Shown here piece by piece: positions 54,239 to 60,909 of a stretch of DNA of 64,000 nucleotides. A model generated the notes under the pieces. That model was not told the origin of the DNA, did no database searches, and worked only from the letters and a program-made list of their open reading frames with translations. The stretch's first letter is position 1, and each line of letters begins with the position of its first letter. The DNA comes from Vicinamibacterales bacterium (GTDB lineage Bacteria > Acidobacteriota > Vicinamibacteria > Vicinamibacterales > JAMQPK01), in the NCBI GenBank assembly GCA_963825295.1, contig CAWGSZ010000002.1, forward strand, positions 31,762 to 95,761, written 5' to 3'. Position numbers and translations under genes: made by a program.

Positions 54239-55221
54239 TGTACCGGCAACTCGGTAGAAGCGGCTTGAGGGTATCGGCGATTGGCCTGGGGTGCATGGGC
54301 ATGTCGCAGAGCTACGGGACGCCCGACGCCGACGAATCCATTCGCACGATCCATCGCGCCCTCGACCTCGGCGTCACGCTCGTGGATACGGCGAACGTGT
54401 ACGGCAAGGGAGAGAACGAGGAGCTCGTGGGCCGCGCCATTCGCGACCGGCGGAAAGAGGTGGTGCTGGCGACGAAGTTCGGCCTCAGCATGGGTGCCAG
54501 CGCGATGTCGGCGGGCGTTGACGCCAGGGCCGAGCTCGTCGGGCCGTCGTGCGACGCGAGCCTCGCCCGTCTCGGGGTGGACGTCATCGATCTCTACTAC
54601 CTCCACCGCGTCGATCCCGGGGTGCCCATCGAAGAGACGGTTGGGGCGATGGCGGATCTCGTTCGCGCAGGGAAAGTGCGCTTTCTCGGGCTGTCGGAAG
54701 CGGGTCCAGACACATTGCGCCGCGCGGCGAAGATTCATTCCATCGCCGCGCTTCAGTCGGAGTTCTCGCTCTGGTCGAGAGATCCGGAGCGGGGCGTGCT
54801 CTCAGCGTGCCGCGAGCTTGGCATCGGCTTCGTGCCATTCAGCCCGCTCGGCCGCGGGTTCCTGACCGGCACGGTGAAGGACACCGGCGGTCTCGTGGAG
54901 AACGACGTCCGCCGGCATCTGCCGCGCTTTCAGCAGGAGAACATTTCCCGGAACGTGCGTCTTGTCGAAGGTCTCGAGGGCATGGCGCGCTCGAAGGGCT
55001 GCTCGGCGGCGCAGCTCGCGCTCGCGTGGCTGCTGCACAAGGGCGACGACATCGTGCCCATTCCCGGCACGAAGCGCCTCCGGTACCTGGAAGAGAACGT
55101 CGAAGCCGTGAACATCACGCTGACGCCTCGAGAAATGAGCGAGCTCGATGACTCGTTTCAGGCCGGCGCCGTCGCGGGCGAGCGTTACGGACCTGAGAGC
55201 CTGAAGTTGGTGGAAAACTAG
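54235..55221 (+). CDS. Aldo/keto reductase
   Basis: It starts [24 protein letters not shown], with the ATG overlapping the corrected upstream stop (ATGA). Other motifs are LVDTANVYG and LGLSEAG. Confidence 0.85.
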   Translation: MMYRQLGRSGLRVSAIGLGCMGMSQSYGTPDADESIRTIHRALDLGVTLVDTANVYGKGENEELVGRAIRDRRKEVVLATKFGLSMGASAMSAGVDARAELVGPSCDASLARLGVDVIDLYYLHRVDPGVPIEETVGAMADLVRAGKVRFLGLSEAGPDTLRRAAKIHSIAALQSEFSLWSRDPERGVLSACRELGIGFVPFSPLGRGFLTGTVKDTGGLVENDVRRHLPRFQQENISRNVRLVEGLEGMARSKGCSAAQLALAWLLHKGDDIVPIPGTKRLRYLEENVEAVNITLTPREMSELDDSFQAGAVAGERYGPESLKLVEN

Positions 55222-55270
55222 AATCTAAAATCTAGAATCTAGAACTAAAATCTAGAATCTGAATAGAATC
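55219..55270 (+). repeat. AT-rich 7-bp array TAGAATC/TAAAATC, about 7 units; the first unit contains the AKR stop codon
   Basis: Read directly: tagaatc taaaatc tagaatc tagaac taaaatc tagaatc tgaatag aatcttc. Confidence 0.9.
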
Positions 55271-55278
55271 TTCGAGCA

Positions 55279-55572
55279 ATGCACTACCTGCTTTTTTACG
55301 AAGCCGGGGCGGATTATGCGGAACGGCGGCAGCCGTTCCGGGTGGCACATCTCCAGCACGCGCGCAATGCGGTCGCACGCGGCGAGCTCGTGCTCGGCGG
55401 CGCGCTGGCCAATCCGATCGATGGAGCCGTGCTGCTGTTCCGCGGCGATTCGTCAGCCGCCGCGGAGCAGTTTGCGAAAACCGATCCCTACGTGACGAAC
55501 GGCGTCATTCAGCGATGGCACGTGCGCGAATGGACGACGGTTGTGGGTAACGATGCTGAAACTAAAATCTAA
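55279..55572 (+). CDS. YciI family protein
   Basis: ORF 55279..55572. It reads MHYLLFYEAGADYAERRQPFRVAHLQHARNAVARGELVLGGAL. The last codons (AETKI) come from the next array. Confidence 0.8.
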   Translation: MHYLLFYEAGADYAERRQPFRVAHLQHARNAVARGELVLGGALANPIDGAVLLFRGDSSAAAEQFAKTDPYVTNGVIQRWHVREWTTVVGNDAETKI

Positions 55573-55610
55573 AAACTAGAATCTAGAATCTGGAATCTGA
55601 AACCTTAAGA
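55556..55610 (+). repeat. AT-rich 7-bp array CTAAAAT/CTAGAAT, about 8 units
   Basis: Read directly: ctgaaa ctaaaat ctaaaaa ctagaat ctagaat ctggaat ctgaaac cttaaga. Confidence 0.9.
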
Positions 55611-55737
55611 GTCTCTAGCAACATCCCGACCGGCACGCTTCATCCCTCGGAGGTTGCCCAGGGCCGATAGGTAAACAGTAGGCGACTGATCGTTACTTAT
55701 CTCGGCTGGGGTCGAGAGTGCGTGACGTACGTCGCTA

Positions 55738-58431
55738 TCACTTCGTCGGCACGAGACGCCTCAGCTCGCCGAACCAGTTTTGCACGACGTTGATCGACGG
55801 AGCCACGTCGGTCTCTCTCGCTTCCTCCTTCATCATCAGGAACCGCTGCCCATCCGCGCTGACATCGTACTGGCGCACGGTCGTCCCCCCGACACCTCGA
55901 GAGTAACGTCCCTCGATCAGTCGCGTCGGCGCGCCGGCCGACTCGGGCAATCCCCTCCACTGGACTGCCATCAACGCGCCATCAGGCGCCACGTAGAACA
56001 GCTCGCGCCCGTTTCGCGCCCAGAGCGGCTGGACGCCTCCGGCGGTGGACACCTGCCACCGACCGGCGTCCACGGTCGGAAAGGGTTGGACCCAGACTTC
56101 GTACGCACCCGATCTATCGGACTCGTACGCGAGCCAGCGTCCGTCCGGCGAGACGACTCCGCCGCGCTCGTTGGCACCCGTCGCGACAAGCGGTTTCACT
56201 TGCGGCGTCGGGGTCATCGTCAGCAGGCTGATGTCTCCAAGCTGCGTCGGTGTTATTTCGTTGAAGACTATCTGAGCGCCGTCCGCTGTGGTGCCGGTCG
56301 GGTTGTGCTGGTTCGGACTGTCGCTCAGCCGCGTGGCGGTCCCGGTCCCGTCGGCCGCCTGCACGTAGAGATTCGCGCCACCACCACCGCGGAACGAGCT
56401 GAAGATCAGACGTGCGCTGTCGGGCGTCCAGACCAAAACAGTGCCACTGTCGAGCGGTCCTCGAGTCAGCCTCGAGCGCACAAGATCCCAGATCCAGATG
56501 TTCGCCCTTTCGTTGACGGCCACGCGCGTGCCGTCGGGCGAGAGCCGAGGGTGGACGTACGGGCGGGCCTGCATCCCGAGCGACGTCTCACCTCCCTGCC
56601 GATCGACCCAGACCGGCGTGTGTAGAAACGGCGACGTAATGATCGTCGGGAGGTACACGAGCGTGCCATCGGCGGCCACGTCGTACTCATACGAACCCTG
56701 CGGCCCCTGGACAGCGGCGATCGGGGAGACGACCGGTACGGGCTGCCCGGCCACCGTCAGCCGTTCGAGGTCGAACGCCACAGCGCGAAGCGTGTTCTCC
56801 GTCCCAAACACGAGGTGGCCGGATGGCAGGTACCGCGCGCGAAGCCCGCTGAGCAACACGGTCGTGACGCCGGTTTCCAGATTCAGCACGGCGATCTCGG
56901 GCCCTCGAACCGCGTAAGAGATTGTGAAGAGCAGGGCCCGGCCGCCGGGCAGAAACGACGGCCAGGAGTGCCTCACCTCGCCCCGCTCGCGGTCGGGCGT
57001 CGTCAGCGTCTCCGCCTCGCCGCCGCTAGCGGCTGCGACTCTTTTCAATCCAGCACCGATCGAGCCCGCATACACGATCGTTCCGTCTGTACCCCAGGTG
57101 GCGCCCCCTGGTCCGGTGTTGGGGTTCTGGTCTTTGAAGACCGTCACGGCCGGCCCGCCGCCGATCGCCACTTTCTTGAGGATCAGCCCGTCGAAGAATC
57201 CGATCCACTGCCCGTCGGGCGAGATGAACGGCTGCATCGGCGAGCCCAGGCCGGTGAGCGCCTCCGCGTCGAATCGATCCAACCGACGCACGACAAGCTG
57301 ACTGGCCGCGGTGTAGACCAGCCGTGAGCCGTCAGGGGTAATGGCGAGGGCGCCCGATGCACGCGAGTTGGTCGTAAGAGCCGTCGCGCCGGATGTCTGG
57401 ATCACCGTCCGCGTCACCCGAGCCGGCGCGGGGCGGATTGCGGTCCAGACAGCGCCGCCCGCCGCGACCCCACCGACTGCAAGAGTGGCCGCAGCGATCA
57501 GCGCGCCTCGACGCCATCCAGCCTGCGAACCAGGCGCAGGCGCCGCCGAGGTTTCGAACATCGGCGTGGTCAACGCCTCCTCGATTTCCAGCCGCGCATC
57601 GGCGGCATCCGCGAGCCGGCGCTTACGATCCTTTTCGAGACAGCGTCGCAGCAATCGTCGAATCGACGCGGGCGTCTCTGTCGGCAACACGCGCCAATCG
57701 GGTTCACCGCGCAGCACCGCGGCCAGCGTATCGCTGACGTCGTCGCCGGCAAAGGCGCGCGCGCCGATCAGCATCTCGTAGAGCACGCAACCGAACGCCC
57801 AGAGGTCGCTGCGCTTGTCCACGGGCCGTCCCCTGGCCTGTTCGGGGCTCATATACGCCGCCGTGCCCAGAATCATCCCAACCCTGGTCATCATTGCCGG
57901 CGAGGTGATGGTCGGCGATGTCGCTGCGGCTGTGCTTCCGGCGGACACCGGTTCGAGGGCCTTCGCCAATCCGAAGTCCAGCACCTTCACAATGCCATCG
58001 GGCCGCACCTTCACGTTGGCGGGTTTCAGATCGCGATGAATGATGCCCTGCTCGTGAGCCGCTTCCAGTGCTTCCGCGATTTGCTTGGCGATTGGGAGTG
58101 CCTCGTCGAGCGGGATCGCGCCGCGCGCGATGCGCTGCGATAGGTCCTCCCCCGGCACCAGTTCCATCACAAGGGCGTGGACACCGTCCGCCTGTTCCAG
58201 ACCGTGAATGATCGCGATGTTCGGATGGCTCAGCGACGCGAGGACTTTCGCTTCACGCTGGAAGCGGGCGACTCGTTCCGCGTCTGCCGCGAACGCCTCG
58301 GGCAGGATCTTGATGGCGACATCGCGATCGAGCTGCGTGTCGCGGGCTCGGTACACCTGGCCCATGCCCCCTTCGCCGATTTGCGCAGTGATTTCGTAAA
58401 CGCCGAGGCGTGTGCCGGGGGTGAGGGCCAC
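55738..58431 (-). CDS. Serine/threonine protein kinase with a TM helix and a C-terminal TolB-like beta-propeller
   Basis: ORF 55738..58431 with a GTG start. It has the kinase motifs HRDLKPANV, DFGLAK and YMSPEQ, followed by repeated SPDG/PDG propeller blades. Confidence 0.85.
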   Translation of the reverse strand: MALTPGTRLGVYEITAQIGEGGMGQVYRARDTQLDRDVAIKILPEAFAADAERVARFQREAKVLASLSHPNIAIIHGLEQADGVHALVMELVPGEDLSQRIARGAIPLDEALPIAKQIAEALEAAHEQGIIHRDLKPANVKVRPDGIVKVLDFGLAKALEPVSAGSTAAATSPTITSPAMMTRVGMILGTAAYMSPEQARGRPVDKRSDLWAFGCVLYEMLIGARAFAGDDVSDTLAAVLRGEPDWRVLPTETPASIRRLLRRCLEKDRKRRLADAADARLEIEEALTTPMFETSAAPAPGSQAGWRRGALIAAATLAVGGVAAGGAVWTAIRPAPARVTRTVIQTSGATALTTNSRASGALAITPDGSRLVYTAASQLVVRRLDRFDAEALTGLGSPMQPFISPDGQWIGFFDGLILKKVAIGGGPAVTVFKDQNPNTGPGGATWGTDGTIVYAGSIGAGLKRVAAASGGEAETLTTPDRERGEVRHSWPSFLPGGRALLFTISYAVRGPEIAVLNLETGVTTVLLSGLRARYLPSGHLVFGTENTLRAVAFDLERLTVAGQPVPVVSPIAAVQGPQGSYEYDVAADGTLVYLPTIITSPFLHTPVWVDRQGGETSLGMQARPYVHPRLSPDGTRVAVNERANIWIWDLVRSRLTRGPLDSGTVLVWTPDSARLIFSSFRGGGGANLYVQAADGTGTATRLSDSPNQHNPTGTTADGAQIVFNEITPTQLGDISLLTMTPTPQVKPLVATGANERGGVVSPDGRWLAYESDRSGAYEVWVQPFPTVDAGRWQVSTAGGVQPLWARNGRELFYVAPDGALMAVQWRGLPESAGAPTRLIEGRYSRGVGGTTVRQYDVSADGQRFLMMKEEARETDVAPSINVVQNWFGELRRLVPTK

Positions 58432-58550
58432 GGTTTGCGTGATTATACGGGCGGGGCGGCCGCGCGGACCGTATTACTCTAGACTGACGCCGGAGTGTAG
58501 ACCGATTCGTGGGCTGCGCGCACAAGCCCACAGGAGCTGCGGGCGGACGC

Positions 58551-58620
58551 GATCTAGAAACCAGGAACTGAGATCCAGAGATTTCAGATTCTAGTTTGTA
58601 GATTTTAGTTTCTAGATTCA
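58551..58620. repeat. Dyad arrangement of the CTAGAAA-family 7-mers: 4 forward units then 6 reverse-complement units
   Basis: ctagaaa ccaggaa ctgagat ccagag, then agatttc agattct agtttgt agatttt agtttct agattca. tctagaaac (58553) pairs with gtttctaga (58608). It abuts the stop of the YVTN gene. Confidence 0.85.
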
Positions 58621-59733
58621 GCGAATAGCCACGCCCCACGGACTCCGGCCGCCGGGCACCGTCGCGATGACCGCCATCGTCTCGGCGTCGATGACGGAGA
58701 TGTCGTTCGACGGGCCGTTGGCGGTGTAGAGGCGCTTGCCGTCGGGCGAAATGCCTACACCCCACGGCCGCTGGCCCGCCTTCACGGATCCCACCACCTC
58801 GTCCTTGGCCGTATCGATGGCAAGGAGCATCGTGCCCCGGCCGGTGGTGACGTACACGCGCTTGCCGTCGGGCGCGGCGATGACGCCCATCGGTCTCGCG
58901 AGCTCGCCGGTGATCTTGAGCGTCTTGGTCACCGAGTGATTTTTCGTGTTGATGACGTGCACGGTGCCGCCGTTCTCGGCCGTGATGTACGCCTTCGAGC
59001 TGTCTGGTAGAAATTCCGACGATCGGGGGCGCGCGCCGACCTCGAACTGCTTGATCGCCTTGTTGGTGGCGGTGTCGATGACCGTAATCTGATTGTCCTC
59101 TTCCGACGTGACGTACACCCACTGACCGTTCGGGCTCGTCGTGACGCCCTCCGGCTCGCCGCCGACCTTCACTTCCCCGATCACCTTGTTGCTGGCGACG
59201 TCGAGGATGCTCGCGACGCCCGCGTCCTCGTTCGACACGTAGACCTTCGAGCCGTCCGCGCTCAGCGAAATTTGCTCGGGGTCCGATCCGCTGGTGAGCA
59301 CGGTCGTGACTTTCCGCGCCGCGATGTCGACCACGCCTATGCCGTCGGCAGTCCGGTCGGGGGGCGGTAGCTTGCTCTCATCCGTTCCCGGTGGCGCCAT
59401 CGGCGACCCGCTGAGCGCGACGAACAGCTTCGTCCCGTCCGGGCTCACCTTGATGCCCCTCGGTCGCTTGCCGAGCGGGATCGTCGTGACGACCTGATTC
59501 GTGCCGCCATCGATGACAGTCAGATCGCCGCCGATTTCATTCGTGACATAGACGTAATACGGCGCTTTCGGCGGCTCCGGCGCGGGTGCCGCCGGCGGAG
59601 GAGCGGCAGCCTGTTCAGGCTGCGGCTGACCACCGCCGCACCCGGAAATCGCGGCCAGCAAGATCAGCGAAGAAAGCGTGACGCGCGCGTTCAGAGCTAA
59701 TCCCCAATCCCTAATCCCTAATCCCTTGCTCAT
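58618..59733 (-). CDS. YVTN-family beta-propeller repeat lipoprotein
   Basis: ORF 58618..59733. It has the lipobox LLAAISGC and repeats YVTNE, YVSNED, YVTSEED, YITAENG and YVTTGRG. A GGAGAG ribosome-binding site lies 6 nt upstream of the ATG. Confidence 0.8.
   Translation of the reverse strand: MSKGLGIRDWGLALNARVTLSSLILLAAISGCGGGQPQPEQAAAPPPAAPAPEPPKAPYYVYVTNEIGGDLTVIDGGTNQVVTTIPLGKRPRGIKVSPDGTKLFVALSGSPMAPPGTDESKLPPPDRTADGIGVVDIAARKVTTVLTSGSDPEQISLSADGSKVYVSNEDAGVASILDVASNKVIGEVKVGGEPEGVTTSPNGQWVYVTSEEDNQITVIDTATNKAIKQFEVGARPRSSEFLPDSSKAYITAENGGTVHVINTKNHSVTKTLKITGELARPMGVIAAPDGKRVYVTTGRGTMLLAIDTAKDEVVGSVKAGQRPWGVGISPDGKRLYTANGPSNDISVIDAETMAVIATVPGGRSPWGVAIR
59702..59725 (-). repeat. GGGATTA array (four G-tracts on the minus, sense strand) in codons 4-11 of the YVTN gene
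   Basis: The plus strand reads cccc aat ccc taat ccc taat ccc. The minus strand reads GGG atta GGG atta GGG att GGGG. Confidence 0.9.
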
Positions 59734-59743
59734 TTGAACTCTC

Positions 59744-60905
59744 CTAGAAACCGGATGGTTTGATCCAGAAGCTTTCCTGCCACGTGCCGCCCGGCTTGAT
59801 GGACTGAAGCTCTTTATAAACGCCCTTGTGCGCGAGATTCAATGCGTTGGTGATGCCGGCCATCGGCTCGAAGCAGATGAAGTTCGGCGTCGCGAGTGGA
59901 TTTGCCTGAGGCGCGCCACCACGTCCGCGACCGGGCGCCGGCGTCGCCGGCCTGTGCATTGGGATTCGGCGGCGGAATCTGGCTGCCAAGTCCGGTGTTC
60001 AGGGGATTCGGAGAGTAGATAACCAACGATCGGTAATTCGGTCCCTGACTGATTTCGAGTTGCTGCTTGCGTCCTTTCAACACGACCGTCGCACGCCCCT
60101 GCGAATCTCTGATGAGGTCGCCGAACACGTCGTCCAGGTTGTAGTCCTTCAACGTGCCGCGGTTGTCCGGAAAGAACTTTGCGGTTGATTCGGTGGCGCC
60201 GGTCGGCACTTTGCGATAGTCGAGCAGCCAGCGGGCGCGCGCCGGAATCGTCACCGTCCACTCTTCGCGCGGCGAGTCCGTCAACTGATAGTACGGATGC
60301 CATCCGAGCGAGACGGGCATCGGATCGGGCGCGTTGTTGGTGATCTTCGTGATGACTTCCAGCGTTCCGTCCTGCAGCCGATAGGTCACGTCCATCGTGT
60401 GCGCGAACGGCCACTGCTTCATCCAGTCGGCCTGCTTGCTCGTGTCGAGCCGGCTCGTCACCCATGCGGCCTTGCCGTCGGCCTTCACGTCGACGACCTG
60501 CCACTGATCGGTACGGCTCATGAAGCCGTGAATCGGAATGGCACCGGTCACGTTTCCGAGGCTCATGTCGAACGCATAGCGCTTGCCGTTGGCGTAGAAC
60601 GCCTGCTCGTCGAGGCGATTCGCCCACGGCGCGAGCAGCGGGATGCCGTGCAGGCCCGTCGGTTTCACCTTGAACTCGTCGATCGACTTGAACGGGAAAC
60701 GAAGCACGTTCTGGCCCTTTATCTTCATCTCGTAGGCCATCATCCCGACCGACGTGACGATCGACACGACCGTCTCGTTCTTCTTGTCTTCGAGCTGCAC
60801 GACATCGCCGTTGCGCCGCGCGTCGTACTGCTGGGCCGAGAGCGGCGCAGAGACGACGAGCGACCACAGCATCACGCCGAGGATGGCCGTGTTTTTCACG
60901 CGCAT
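59744..60905 (-). CDS. Aldose 1-epimerase family protein, secreted, apparent frameshift near the 3' end
   Basis: ORF 59814..60905 carries the signal peptide and the body (GIPLLAPWANRL, GWHPYY). The C-terminus (NFICFEPMAGITNALNLAHKG...KPSGF) lies in ORF 59744..59989. The frame change is somewhere in 59905-59990. Confidence 0.75.
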
Positions 60906-60909
60906 GACG

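Noticed and set aside
52087-55221. A 1044-aa ORF that looks like a sensor-regulator fused to an aldo-keto reductase.
   Set aside because: The last ~22 codons before the AKR Met are out-of-frame sequence. A 1-nt shift at about 54170 restores a typical propeller C-terminus ending in a TGA that overlaps the AKR ATG. These are two genes, not a fusion.
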